A stretch of DNA of 63,858 nucleotides, filler included, from Octopus bimaculoides (lineage: Eukaryota): the NCBI RefSeq assembly GCF_001194135.2. It is 7 parts of 7 records of this genome, joined end to end, with 100 filler letters (N's around TTAATTAATTAA, not from the genome) between each part and the next. Parts side by side here need not be neighbours in the genome. Positions count along the whole stretch, not along the records: positions 24,991 to 43,320 come from NC_068989.1; positions 43,421 to 48,982 come from NW_026422021.1; positions 49,083 to 54,773 come from NC_068987.1; 4 more parts are not named here. The stretch is one strand, 5' to 3'. A program made the position numbers and the translations under genes. The notes under the pieces were generated by a model that saw only the letters and a program-made list of their open reading frames with translations, did not search any database and was not told where the DNA came from. How positions within the stretch are numbered: the stretch's first letter is position 1; every line of letters starts with the position of its first letter. This document shows, one piece after another, positions 39,145 through 52,353 of the stretch.

Positions 39145-39447
39145 AATCAGTATACACTGAGGATGAAGAAGTCGGAGCTTCCCAATAGTTATCTCGAAGA
39201 TAACAGAGGAGACTGAGGTTAGGTTGGACATGCTCACCGCCATTCGGAGTTGACACTGCACTCAGCGCTCCCGTGGAAGACCCTACACGGACCCACTAGA
39301 AGAGGGTGACTGAGGATGACATATGTTGATGCCCTAAGGACAGACACTGGTCTCTGGGAGACAAAGGACATAGCAGCAACGATGAGGGACAAATACCGCT
39401 GGAGAGACCTCGTCCATGGATCTCGGGAATTTTACCCACCCTGGATA
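39145..39447 (+). mobile_element. RTE-clade LINE 3' fragment
   Basis: Translation fragments RRLRLG..C.RHSE, W...HG..RRG.LRMTYVDALRTDTGL....IAATMRDKYRWRDLV, typical of RTE C-termini. Ends in a (GATA)-like tail. Confidence 0.75.
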
Positions 39448-39544
39448 GATAGATTATTCTTATTCTCTAAAGGGGCGACCTGGCCACCTGTCTTCGTCTT
39501 TTTTGTTTTCCCTACATTTGAACTATATATATATATATATATAT

Positions 39545-39585
<41 letters not shown>

Positions 39586-40463
39586 NNNNNNNNNNNNNNN
39601 NNNNNNNNNNNNNNNNNNNNNNNNNNNNNNNNNNNNNNNNNNNNNNNNNNNNNNNNNNNNNNNNNNNNNNNNNNNNNNNNNNNNNNNNNNNNNNNNNNNN
39701 NNNNNNNNNNNNNNNNNNNNNNNNNNNNNNNNNNNNNNNNNNNNNNNNNNNNNNNNNNNNNNNNNNNNNNNNNNNNNNNNNNNNNNNNNNNNNNNNNNNN
39801 NNNNNNNNNNNNNNNNNNNNNNNNNNNNNNNNNNNNNNNNNNNNNNNNNNNNNNNNNNNNNNNNNNNNNNNNNNNNNNNNNNNNNNNNNNNNNNNNNNNN
39901 NNNNNNNNNNNNNNNNNNNNNNNNNNNNNNNNNNNNNNNNNNNNNNNNNNNNNNNNNNNNNNNNNNNNNNNNNNNNNNNNNNNNNNNNNNNNNNNNNNNN
40001 NNNNNNNNNNNNNNNNNNNNNNNNNNNNNNNNNNNNNNNNNNNNNNNNNNNNNNNNNNNNNNNNNNNNNNNNNNNNNNNNNNNNNNNNNNNNNNNNNNNN
40101 NNNNNNNNNNNNNNNNNNNNNNNNNNNNNNNNNNNNNNNNNNNNNNNNNNNNNNNNNNNNNNNNNNNNNNNNNNNNNNNNNNNNNNNNNNNNNNNNNNNN
40201 NNNNNNNNNNNNNNNNNNNNNNNNNNNNNNNNNNNNNNNNNNNNNNNNNNNNNNNNNNNNNNNNNNNNNNNNNNNNNNNNNNNNNNNNNNNNNNNNNNNN
40301 NNNNNNNNNNNNNNNNNNNNNNNNNNNNNNNNNNNNNNNNNNNNNNNNNNNNNNNNNNNNNNNNNNNNNNNNNNNNNNNNNNNNNNNNNNNNNNNNNNNN
40401 NNNNNNNNNNNNNNNNNNNNNNNNNNNNNNNNNNNNNNNNNNNNNNNNNNNNNNNNNNNNNNN

Positions 40464-40640
40464 CGAGAAAGAAAAACAACAGACAAAGACAGGTGGTGTA
40501 AACAACAAATGGTTGTATTAGTTTAACGCTCGGGAATAGAGAAAGTCTTTGAAATTTCGAGCTTACGCTCTTCAACTGAAAGGAACACAGAAAGAAATAA
40601 GGAGAGAAACAAGGAGAAAAAATATAAATGTAGTGGTCAG
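40464..40640 (-). mobile_element. Penelope-like pLTR / hammerhead-bearing dispersed repeat, copy 2
   Basis: Direct homolog of 5293-5490. Confidence 0.65.
40547..40582 (-). ncRNA. Degenerate hammerhead motif (A6->U family, second copy)
   Basis: rc CTTT-CAGTTGA-A-GAGC-gtaa-GCTC-GAAAT-TTC-AAAG: stems I and II intact, U4 and stem III mutated. Confidence 0.45.
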
Positions 40641-41102
40641 TGATCTACACAAACACACATATATATTCATATATCTCGGTAGCTTTCTTTTGCATTCTCT
40701 CATACTTTCTTTGACTTGTCCCCTTCCTTTCCCCTTTTCCCTTTATTTTCTATCCTCAAAGCCACTTCCTGCCTTACTGATTTCACACTCCCCTTCACAC
40801 TCCCACTGTCACTCGCTTTATTTCTTGTGTCCAGCATTCACCCACTCTATATCTTGGTCACCTTCTAAGCTCTCTCTCTCTTACCTTTACTTGTCTTTCC
40901 TACTTCCCCTTCCTTCCTCCCTGCCTCTCTTTCCCTTTACATTAGCCTCTCCTCTTTTATCCGTTACTCTCTCCTCCTACCTATACCATTGTTTTTCTCT
41001 TACATCTCCTCCTACTTCTCCTCTGTTTTCCTCCAACTATTTCTTTCCTTGATCAATATCTATTCCTGTATATTTTCCGCACTTTTCATCAACACCACCA
41101 CT

Positions 41103-41209
<107 letters not shown>

Positions 41210-42119
41210 AACTTACATAATACATAAATACATACATACATACATAATACATACACACACACACACATGTTCCTGTTTGTGTGTGCGTTAGCGTGTATGG
41301 GTGTATGTGCGTTAATCTGACCTACTCCTCCTTTATCTCCTGCTCTGTCTATTAATCTCTCACACCCTTTAATCTCTCCCCTCCCCCTCTCTATTTCTCA
41401 ATAACTCTCACCTTTTCCCTAAATTGTTCACACTCCTTCTCTCTTTCTCTCCCTCTCTCTCCCTCTCACTTCTTATACATTGACACACAGACATACATAC
41501 AGACGCAATTACACATAGATACAACATAGATTACACACACATACAGACACACACACACGCACACACATTCACACATAAGCTTATAAACGCATACATAAAT
41601 ACATGCATACATGCATCCATACATTCATAGATGCATATATACGCACATGCATACATACATACACACATACATACATGTATACATGTATGCATGTATACAT
41701 GTATGCATGCATACATACATGCATACATGCACGTATACATACATGTATGCATGCATGCATACATACACACAAACGCCCGCACGGTCCCACATACACTTAC
41801 ATGCATGCATATGTACTTGCACACACACACACACACACACATACACACACACACACACACACAGATATTCGTTCCATCTCCCCCTCTCTCTCTTTCTCTC
41901 AGACACCAACATCTGTGGTTAACACCAGATGAACAGATGCCATATTGATAGATAGTGACCTCGCCCTAACACAGCAAAAAAGGTTCAGATAAAAACACAC
42001 GCGGTTGGGTTGCGTGTAAGTCGGTGTGTTGGGTGGTGAAAGAAATCATAGAGGACGAACTCCCTGTTTAATTTGTACCGGGTGGTTACGATGCTATTTT
42101 TTATTTCGGAAACAGCTGG

Positions 42120-42487
42120 TAAGGAATGAGGTGGTGGTACTGGTGGTGGTGGTGGTGAGAGTTTCTTCTGTGAGTTGTTGTGATGGAGATGTTGATGGAG
42201 GTGGTGGTGGTGGTGGTGGTGGTGGTAATCATCGTAGTGATGTTGGTCGCGTCGCTGGGGGTGTGAGTCGTGATAGGAGTGTTAGTGGAAGTGCTACAGA
42301 TGACGATAATGATGACGATGACGATCAACAGCGATGATGTTGATGGTGGTGCTAGTGGTTGCGATGACGACGGTGATGACGATGATCAATACGATGATGA
42401 TGATGATGATGATGGTGGTGGTGATGATGATGATGATGACGATGATGATGATGATGATGATGATAATGATGATGATGATGGTGATGG

Positions 42488-42529
<42 letters not shown>

Positions 42530-42569
42530 CGATGATGATGATGATGGTGATGATGATGATGATGGTGAA

Positions 42570-42626
<57 letters not shown>

Positions 42627-42800
42627 GACAATATAGAGGGAGGTAGAGTTGGTGGTGACGCCTTTAGTGATGGTGATGGTTGCGACGACAACGATGATAC
42701 TGGTGATGATGGTGGTGGTGGTGGTGGTAGTTTAATGATGATAATGAGGTTGATGATGATGATAATGATGATGATGATGACGACGAGGAAGAGGAGGAGA
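42120..42800 (+). repeat. (GGT)n/(GAT)n trinucleotide array
   Basis: Long imperfect GAT/GGT runs. Similar arrays at 20965-21275, 29640-29845, 31580-31750 and 17205-17645. Confidence 0.95.
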
Positions 42801-43420
42801 ATAAAAGTAACTATGATCGCGATGGAAATTCTTTTTATCGATCTTCTTTTAATGACGACAAATGTATTGTGCGCACGCATTAACAGACTCCGCCCGCCTC
42901 GGTGTGTCTTTGTTTGTTGCCTTTTCATTATGCCTATATGTATCTATGTGTGTGCGTGTGTTGACGATAACTAGAGCTACAAAACCTTCTCTTAATATTT
43001 CCTACAATTCATCAGACACTATACAATTGTATAATAGTTGTATTACAAATAAATATATGTGTGTGTGCATATTTATACGCCATATCTATTCGAAACGCTT
43101 AGTTCAGAATAGAGGCAACTGATAAAGGAAATATTCTCTATGTGGCCTGTTTGTTTTCTGTGCTCTGTTTATGTTCTGTTTTCCTTTCGTCCACGTTTTT
43201 TTTTGTGACGTACTGTACCCAGATGTGCATCTATATATGCATGTAGATATAGGTATGTACATACATGTACGTATATATGCATATACTCACATATTATTTG
43301 TATTATATATATATATATATNNNNNNNNNNNNNNNNNNNNNNNNNNNNNNNNNNNNNNNNNNNNTTAATTAATTAANNNNNNNNNNNNNNNNNNNNNNNN
43401 NNNNNNNNNNNNNNNNNNNN

Positions 43421-43504
<84 letters not shown>

Positions 43505-44329
43505 GACAAGAAATAATTTTTGCCTCCTTTTATGGAGACAAAAATGGTTAATAAGACTGCAAAGAAGAAGTGGTCAAATGTAATTGAAACAGATAAAAAA
43601 AAAAACATTGATCAGAGAACAAACATCAAATTCGAGTGAACGACTTTATATATAACACCGCTCCTCCAAACATTTGACCATATATAAATATTACCATGGC
43701 CCTTAAACACATAAAGTATACATATACAAAACACACAGAAGGTAAAAAATATACATGCGAATAAAAATACAGATATATAGAACGGCCTATCAAGAAGGTA
43801 TACACAATCGACTAAAAATTATAAAGCGTGTTATGCGACTAAAAACTTAAATAAAATGAAACATAAGTCAACTAAAAAACATTTTATCAGGTATAGGCGG
43901 AATTTTCCAATTTTTCAATATGTACTTCGACATACGTTTACAGCCGCTGAAAGTTTCAGACCAATGTTTCAGTAATGAGTTAGACATCTTCGATTTGAAA
44001 ACGATCTGAGCTCTTTCAGCTAAACATAGCTTACATACCGGATTAGCTTGTCGATTATTTTTCCAGCTTTATAATCTAACGAGGATAACACTGTTACATT
44101 TATTACTTTTTATTTTTTACTTCTTCGTCTTTCGTTCCTTAACCTTTCACGTTTTGTATAAGCTTCCTTCTCAACTTTTCGTATTTCTTTTCTCTCATTC
44201 AATTTTTAGTTCATTATGATGTGTGGCTTGTGGCTGATGAATGTTTGAGGTATTTTTCAACATATGAAACTATTAGTAGCTCATGAAATCATGTATTGTG
44301 TCTATTAAATAATATGTGCCTCTCACCAG

Positions 44330-45372
44330 ATGGAGTGCATTTTTGGTGATCTTACCATCACGGAACAGTACATTAGGGTGTATGTGAAGATTATATAATG
44401 TGTATGCACATTCGAATCAGAATTGATGACTTGACTAAAAGCAAATTCTGAAACGGCTGTGGACATTTGCAATTGGATCATATTTGCCTCTTATTCCCTA
44501 GAATTCATCCAACAACTGCATGACAAACTGATGGAAGATCCGAGAAAGGAAATGCAAGTTTTGGCGCGAGAGTTAGGTGTTGGAATTTCCTTCATGAAGC
44601 TGGCCCTGAGTGAGAACTTTCACTACCACTTGTACAAGAAGCAGAAGGGACACATTGTGACTGCCAAAACCCAGGAGAACCGTTTTACGAAGGCAAAATA
44701 CTTCTGCCAAAATCAGTAGTACAACACTCAGAACAATAGGTGATTTGCCTACAATCCATGTGATAGTCCACATATAAAAGCTAAGTTCCTCCAAACTGTG
44801 AAGGTCTTTGGGTGTGTCTCCAGCGAGGGTGGCGTCATGCCGCCCTACATCTTTGAATAGGGCCTTAAGAAATTGTGTAAAGCTACTGGAGACTATAGTC
44901 AAACTCGGTTTGGAGAGGATTACTGATGGAAGACCATATGTGTGGCAGCAAAATTCGCTGCTCGCCATTCCCCACAAAAGAGTCAGTAATTGTAGGAAAA
45001 TTTCTACGATTCCACCAGCCTCAATTTCAGGCGCTGTAATTCTTCTCATTGTAATCCAATGGATTACTATGTGTGAGGCGCGGTTGATAACCATCAATCG
45101 CTCTTCCTAAAATACCACAGCAGAGCAAGTAATCAAGATACAGGACGAGTTCGAAAACCTTCCCAGGAACACAGTGAGGAATGCAAGCACCAGGTTCTGG
45201 AGTCCTCTTGAAGTTGTGGTGGAAGCTGAAGGCAATTTGCTTTGTAAGCATTTATATCCCAGCTATAATCTAATAGATATCTTTTGGATTTTTTAAAAAT
45301 GCATTTGTTTTTGGATGCAATATTGTTTTATTTTCCTTTTACGCAAACTTATCAAATTTATCCTGAACATCC
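44330..45372 (+). mobile_element. Degenerate IS630-Tc1-mariner (ITm) transposase relic
   Basis: Fragments EDPRKEMQVLARELGV, TVKVFGCVSSEGGVMPP, YVWQQ(D)S, CNPMDYYV, matching the DD(E/D) catalytic region. Several stops and frameshifts. Confidence 0.8.
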
Positions 45373-47489
45373 TACTTAATAAGTAAATATAGCCACACAT
45401 ATATAACTATACATGCATATATTTACGCGCGCGCGCACACACACACACACACGCACACGCGCGCATATACAAGCAAGCCAACGAAAGAACCTCTACGTGG
45501 TCATTTTTCCAGCTAGATATTTATAATCACTATATTTACTTCGATATATACTCATCCCTCAACTCATTGCATTACGCACTCCGAGATACACTCGACCACA
45601 ATAACAAAATAAACAAATAAGACCACAGGATGGTTACTACTGGAGTAACTTTGATCATGTATTTTGCCGGGTGTTAAACAACTACAGTATTTCTGAAAAA
45701 AAGGCGTTAAATGAAAACTAAAGGATCGGAACTTGCTATGTTGAAAAGATTTACGACTATAAAATGTTTGTTTTATAAATTGTTGGTCCGTTTCAGACGC
45801 TTCTCTTTCCGTTTTTTTTACCTTTTTTCTTTTCTTCCTTTTGTTTTTTTATAAGATCATAAACTTCTTTCATGAGATATAAACGCCTGTAACCTTTCCT
45901 ACGGGGTTTTTTTTTCGTCTTTTTTGGAACTTTTTGCCTTGCAATTCATTTTATTGTTCTTATTTCTAAGTGGTGTTTTTTTGTTTTTTTGTTTTGTAGT
46001 TTAGTCAGGAGGAAGAGTAACGCCCAAAAACTTTTTGTAGCGCCTCTATGACTGAGTGTGACTGAGCGACTGAAAAATGGTAATAGTGTTGTTGTTGTTG
46101 TTGTTGTTGTCATTATTATCATAATTATTAATAGTAGAAGTATTAGTAATATTAGTATTAATATTATTGTGACTAGAGAATATCTGGCTGCTGCATAGTC
46201 GAGAGATTCATAGCATGTTTCGGAAGAGAATAATGATTAATATTGTATGTAAAAATGTACATGTGTCTATGTATTCACATACGTAAGCATATACATACAT
46301 ACATACATACATACATACATACATNNNNNNNNNNTGATGATATGTTGATGATGCTCATTATAACAATGACGATACTGACAACGACGACATTGATGATGAT
46401 GGTGGTTCGAATTCCACTGAGTTCAAATTCCACCGAAGTAGATTTTGCATTTTAACCTTTTGAGGTCGATGAAATAAGTACCAGTTGAGCACGGGGGTTT
46501 ATGTAAAATTATTATAGTAGTGGTGGTAGTGATGATGATAGGGTGGAGGAGGATGTTGATTATTGTGGCGGGCGCGATAATGATAGTAGCTGTGGTGATG
46601 AAGTTCTGACAGTAGTGGTAGTGGCAGTTATGGGGAACCTAAAACTGATAGTATTGAAATCATTTCTACCCTGCAAGATAGAAGCAGCCAAAGAGGCGGT
46701 TATGGTGGTGGTAGTGTTGTTGCTAAACTGTGAGACAAGTTAATGTCTACGATTCAAGAACAGACATTTGTCCATCGTTTTTTTTATTTCCCCTCTTCTC
46801 AATATCACTTACAATTACGGACCGGATGCCCACGGTAGAAGACCTGACTAAATGACTTCCACAAAATGACCACCTCAACTGATGTATCATGAACATCATT
46901 TATAATACGTAACATTACAGCATAGCCATAGCGCCATCATTGATCCATATCTGACTGAAATATTTTACAGTGAATAGAGTTTTAACAGAATCGATTTGTT
47001 TTCTGTATTTCTACGGTAAAATTACGTTGCGGGCCCATGCAGCCGTACACCCTGCCAAGGTTCTCTCCGTCCATTCTTTGATATCATCTCTCTATCTTCT
47101 CCTTGGTGACCATGTACCCCTGAGAATGCGGACTGAAAGGTCCTGAGCCCGAGGCTACAAAGAAACAACAATATTGCAGCATTCACGTTCTGACCATCAA
47201 CTTTCGTTCCGATCTCAACTTCTTCAGGACGAAATCATTTGACTCGCAAGACACCCCACGGTCCACAGTGCTCACCTATATCACGTCACCTCGAACGACC
47301 GCTTCATTCCCATACAAGCCCACTAACCAGGTCGGGGATTTAGAAGTTTTTGCGTCTATACTTTTGCAGAGGACATATTGTACTGATTAGCTTCAGGGTT
47401 AATCTTCCTTTATCAAGTGATTGAACATTGAATTCCAAACAGCTTACGGTTGTAAGTAAACCTACTCGCACCTCTCCTCCGACGATGTA

Positions 47490-47770
47490 ATAATCTTTTC
47501 TACTATAGGCCAGTAGTTTCGGAGAAAGGCGCCAGTCGATTACATCGACCCTAGTGCTCAGCTGAGACTTATAAGCATAAACGGCAAAGTCGACCTCGGC
47601 GAAATTTGAACTCAAAAGGCAGAGACGAATAAAATTCCGCTAAGCACTTTATCCGGCGTGCTAACGCTTCTGCCAGCGGAATCTGAACCGACAAAATTCC
47701 GTATAAACGGACAAAATGCTCAGCGGCATTTCGTCTGGTTTGCAAACGGTTCTGCAAGCTTGCCACCTTA
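47490..47770 (-). mobile_element. SINE family B copy plus an extra head fragment
   Basis: Reverse-complement match at 47490-47677; second head relic at 47684-47770. Confidence 0.8.
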
Positions 47771-48689
47771 AATAGCTATGTAATAACAATAATGGCAAGC
47801 GGTCATCATTCTTCCTTACATGAGCAAATCTGCAAAAGATAAAATGCAGGCTTCAAGTGGGTGAGGGGAGGACAGAGAATTTCTAGTACCTTCTGATTAG
47901 GTCTACCTCCCTTTGAAGAGACTGTTAATTATTTAAGGCTGTTATTACATGAAAAGAAAGTTGGAAAATGCATCCCGTTATTAAGTAAATAATGCCGATC
48001 ATTCTTTTTATAACTCTATTGCAAAGTCATTGCATTGCTGTCACGCTGAGGTTGATTCTTTGAAGCTTTTTTGCCAATTATAATAATCCTATTATTTTGG
48101 CAGGTAATATTTTATTTCCTGCAAAGGCTGAAAGGAAAAGACGACCTAAGTTGTTGGATTTGAAGAATACATAGAAATAACTGCTACATGAAAACTGAAT
48201 AGTAAAGCATTTAAGACCACAACTGTAAAACTTTCAATACGTTTAAAATATCACCCGTGGTGACGAGAACAATTGTAATCAAAATAATTGCTTCTGCAGA
48301 GGAAAAAAAAAAAACAGGTGAGATAATCCGAAACAATAATAAATTAAGGTGGCATGCAGGGTTGGGTGATTACAAGGGTCGTTTTGCAACCATGTAGTTT
48401 CGGATTTAGCCCAACTGCGTAGTAACTCAGGCAAGTAACTTCTAGCCCAGACAAAAAAGGACTTGACTTCTTAGTGAATATGATAGATGAACACTATCTG
48501 AAAACACGTCATATACATACATACACACACATACACATACACACAAACACACACATATAAACACAAAGACACACGCGTCTACATATAACGTTCATATATA
48601 CGCATATATATATATATATATACACACACACATTTTTATATGTACGTGTGTATATACGTATGAGTGTATGTACGCTCATATACATATAT

Positions 48690-48890
48690 CTACAGCAATC
48701 CTTCGACCGTCGCGGATGTTACGTTCCAAACCATCCTGTGATAGGGGAAAATACGCGAGGTAGAAACATTAGTGTACTGTATATTTTTTTTTAAATTGTT
48801 TTGATAATTTGTAAATATTTATTTTAGCAAAACAACAAAACGGTGGAATCGAAGTAATCTTAAATAATAAACCGTGATATAACGAGTAAT
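48690..48890 (+). mobile_element. Tigger/pogo-like non-autonomous fragment
   Basis: Begins TAcagcaatccttcgaccgtcgcgg...gaaaatacgcgaggtag, resembling Tigger-type termini. Confidence 0.45.
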
Positions 48891-48892
48891 TA

Positions 48893-48982
<90 letters not shown>

Positions 48983-49368
48983 NNNNNNNNNNNNNNNNNN
49001 NNNNNNNNNNNNNNNNNNNNNNNNNNTTAATTAATTAANNNNNNNNNNNNNNNNNNNNNNNNNNNNNNNNNNNNNNNNNNNNATCATAAGATAATGATAA
49101 TAAAACAACTACATGTGTTTCATAACCAAGTTTTTAAATAGAAAATAAAATATATTCAAATTGATTAAATCAATCGAAAATCAATTCTATTCAAAAATAT
49201 AGCTAATCTTCAGGTCAAAATACAACAATAATAATGATAAAAAAAATGTATATATCAACCAACAATAAATAACAAATGAATGTATATAAAAATACTTATT
49301 ATATTAAGATAGAAAAATGTTAAACAATATTATTAAAAATATCAAAAATTATAAACGTGCCATAATTA

Positions 49369-51189
49369 AGGAAAATTGGGTCCAAGAAAATTCAGTCCCA
49401 AAAAATATTGATCCCAGACGTTATCAATATACCTCTAATGTGAACATTGATTTAACTAATCAGTATAAATAAAAAACAAAATAGAATAACAATTTTATTA
49501 ATAAAAATATAAAAGTCACATGTATAAACCAGCAGAAAAATAAGGGTAACTCATGTTTAAAACCATAAAAAAATGCATATATGATATTTCCTTATATCAA
49601 ACATATTAAACAAAAAATTAGGAAAATAGTTCTGAGAACATTGTGTCCCTGAAAACTAAACCGAAGAATTTAATGAATGAGCAATTGCCTTTAGGAAAGT
49701 TAATTTATCATTACTATCATGAGATTGCACAAGATTTTTTATCCGCGTATCTATTGACTGGTATTTTCTCTTTTTTTGTGGATTATCTCCACTTTGAGCA
49801 TGAATTATTTTGGTCTGTGTAAGTGATTCTTCTTTTCAAAGAGCATCAAGGGTGCTTGTTTGTTATTGATGTGCGCAATGCTGAGTGAAACACCTCAAGA
49901 GCATTGTTTGAGACAATTCCTGAATTACTTGACTGTAAACATTCCAAACATTAACTGGATACAAGAGCTCTTCTTGTCTGCCACGTCTTCCTCTCTTTTG
50001 GTCAATGTATGTCAGCTCGAAATAGCTTATAAAATCTATCGGAATTGATTCACCCTCACAGAGATCTTCATAAGTATCAATTACTTCTTCTGGTGGTAAA
50101 AATGCCAGTGTGCAGAACATTTTTATTTTAGTGGCAAAAGAACCACCGATACTGTATTGAACTTTACATCCGAGTTGGCATAATTTCCTATAAACTGTCC
50201 GGGAAAAATGAAATAAACAACCTTCGCTGGTGCTTCCAGTAAAGTTATGGTCACAGCTGTTATGAATTACCTGTTGAAAGTCAATCAATACTTGATGAGG
50301 TTTAATATTGGGCCGCAATTTTTTTATTTCAAGAAAAGTCTTGTCATATGTTGCTTGTATTTTGTCTGGCAGTAGAATGAAAGCTTGAGGATAAGATCTA
50401 CCATTTATGATAGCATGAATGGTAAAAAGCTGATACCATGCACTTGGTGATGATTTGAATGTGCCATCCATTCCTAAAAATGAAGTGTTTTCCAGTTGTT
50501 GAAGACCTTCGTTAGAGGCAAAGATTAAAAGCCTCTTTTCATCATTACTGCCTGTATCGCATTGCAGGAACAAATCACCATCTTCCAAGTATTTAAAAGA
50601 ATCATGCACTTGAAATCCATTTCGATGAAGAGGCAACGGAGGAGCACCAAAAGCTTTATTGCACCAGTTTGTAATACTTCTAGAAACTGTTTGCACTGTG
50701 GTATTTCATATTTCGCATTCTTACTAATATTATTTGTAGTTTCTGAAATAGCACTCGAGTACTTGTTTCAACTCCATCTTGCCACTTTTTTGTTAATGCT
50801 GAAATGGCGAATCGTGCTTCCACTGCATTCAGTGCTGGTTCATGATCATGACTATTGATTGTTGAAATAATTATAGGTTCACCTGGTTTATTCTTTGTAT
50901 GAACACAAGCACATGTACTGCAAATCTTACAGCACCAGTTTCTTTGATTATCGAAACTAAACTTATGAAAGTCGTAAACATAATTAAGTTCATCAATCAA
51001 TTTGTATTTTTCTCACTTTTAAAATATTTTGCAGCCATATTAGGGTTTCTTAAAATTGGAAATATTTGTTATCTTGTGGGTGAAATGATGTGTGCGCAAA
51101 CGGACTCTATAGTGGGTGAAATGACTGGATACCAATTTGAAAAATTGTCTGGGACCAAATTTATTGGGACTGAATTTTCCCAGCACCAT
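49369..51189 (-). mobile_element. Mutator-like (MULE) DNA transposon, near full length, with imperfect terminal inverted repeats
   Basis: Inverted ~33-bp repeats at 49386-49419 (rc GTCTGGGATCAATATTTTTTGGGACTGAATTTTC) and 51147-51179 (GTCTGGGACCAAATTTATTGGGACTGAATTTTC) bracket a transposase pseudogene. No clear TSD found. Confidence 0.85.
49656..51038 (-). pseudogene. FLYWCH-type zinc finger + MULE DDE transposase, frameshifted
   Basis: Starts MAAKYFKSEK at 51038. Track ORF 50680-51000 has a W-C-x-C...H-x-H finger. ORF 49863-50696 has MDGTF, IDF and GCLFHF motifs. A shifted frame continues NNALEVFHSALRTSITNKHP...RKYQSIDTRIKNLV...FLKAIAH. At least 3 frameshifts and 1 stop. Confidence 0.9.
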
Positions 51190-51202
51190 ATATGTCGTCG
51201 TC

Positions 51203-51353
51203 GTCGTTTAACATCCGCTTTCCATGCTTGCATGGGTTGGACGATTTGACTGAGGACTGGTGAAACCAGATGGCTACACCAGGCTCCAATCTGATTTGGC
51301 AGAGTTTCTACAGCTGGATGCCCTTCCTAACGCCAACCATTCAGAGAGTGTAG
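51203..51353 (-). mobile_element. RTE-tail-type SINE/LINE 3' end (family E); related pieces at ~20810-20975 (+) and ~3630-3680 (-)
   Basis: Shared ...ggaagggcatccagctgtaga...catgcaagcatggaaa.cggatgttaaa(cga/gat)n tail motif. Confidence 0.65.
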
Positions 51354-51400
51354 NNNNNNNNNNNNNNNNNNNNNNNNNNNNNNNNNNNNNNNNNNNNNNN

Positions 51401-51441
<41 letters not shown>

Positions 51442-52353
51442 AGAGAGAGGGGGAGGGTGGTGAACTTCCATTATATATAATCAATGTGAAGAGTAATTTT
51501 GTTTTGGGTTTTTTTACTTTTTGAATATTGTTTTAGTTAATTTTATTTTAAGCTTATATTTTTCTTTCGAAAATCAATATTCATTTCATCATTTTGTATA
51601 AGCATCAAGAAATCTGATAAAGTTAAATCTTAATTATTGTATGTACACCTGATACTATGGTAACACTCTAGTTTATTAATAATAAAACTGAAAATAGAAC
51701 ATGACAAATTGAAAAATATTTTAAATTGAAGTTGATTGATAAACTATAATTTTTTTTTATTGAATTACAAATTTAATCAATATTTTAATTTTGCTTTTTC
51801 TCATTCTGTTTAAAATTTTTTTCTGATTAGTTTCAAATTAAACTATAGAATTATAATTGGTAACTCTGGCCTGAACTAAAAGTTTGTTTAGATTACTCTG
51901 AGTAAAACTATATTCTTCATGCTAAAATTCAGTTGCAGATATTTTTATTATCTGAGATTTAGTTGGAAATACACACTGTCTATTTGTATATGATTTACTC
52001 TGAAATCTCAAACCTTTTGTGCTTGATTGATTTACAAGGGGGTCTGATGAGGAACATACCTTTCATACTTGTGCATCTCAATAAAGATCTGAACTTTTTG
52101 TCATTTTCCTATTGTTGGCATCTTTTACTGTGAATGCCTGTATTGCTTTTAGAAACACTTTCTTATAGTGTTATGATCTCTTTTATCTGTAAAATCATGT
52201 ACTGTCAATATGAATGTCTTCTAGTAAATGCTATAGAGTTAAGGTAAACACTTGGCAAGCGTAATCTTCAGCAGATTTTGATTGCTAATTTTAATCATTT
52301 CATTTTACTTACATTAATGATGCTCTTGGGAAATCTAAGTCCTTCTTGTGTCT

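Noticed and set aside
42270-42974. 234-aa poly-Asp ORF (and poly-Met/poly-Ser frames)
   Set aside because: A pure (GAT)n/(GGT)n array is open in several frames by construction. No splice or domain support, and similar arrays recur in the window.
42992-43019. Minus-strand CTGATGA-ATTGTAG-GAAATATT
   Set aside because: No stem II and no stem I pairing; at best a deleted relic.
47190-47232. Minus-strand CTGAAGA-A-GTT...AAC-GAAAG
   Set aside because: Stem III and stem I do not pair.
52043-52066. CTGATGA-GG-AACATA-CC
   Set aside because: Followed by TTTC rather than GAAA; not a hammerhead.
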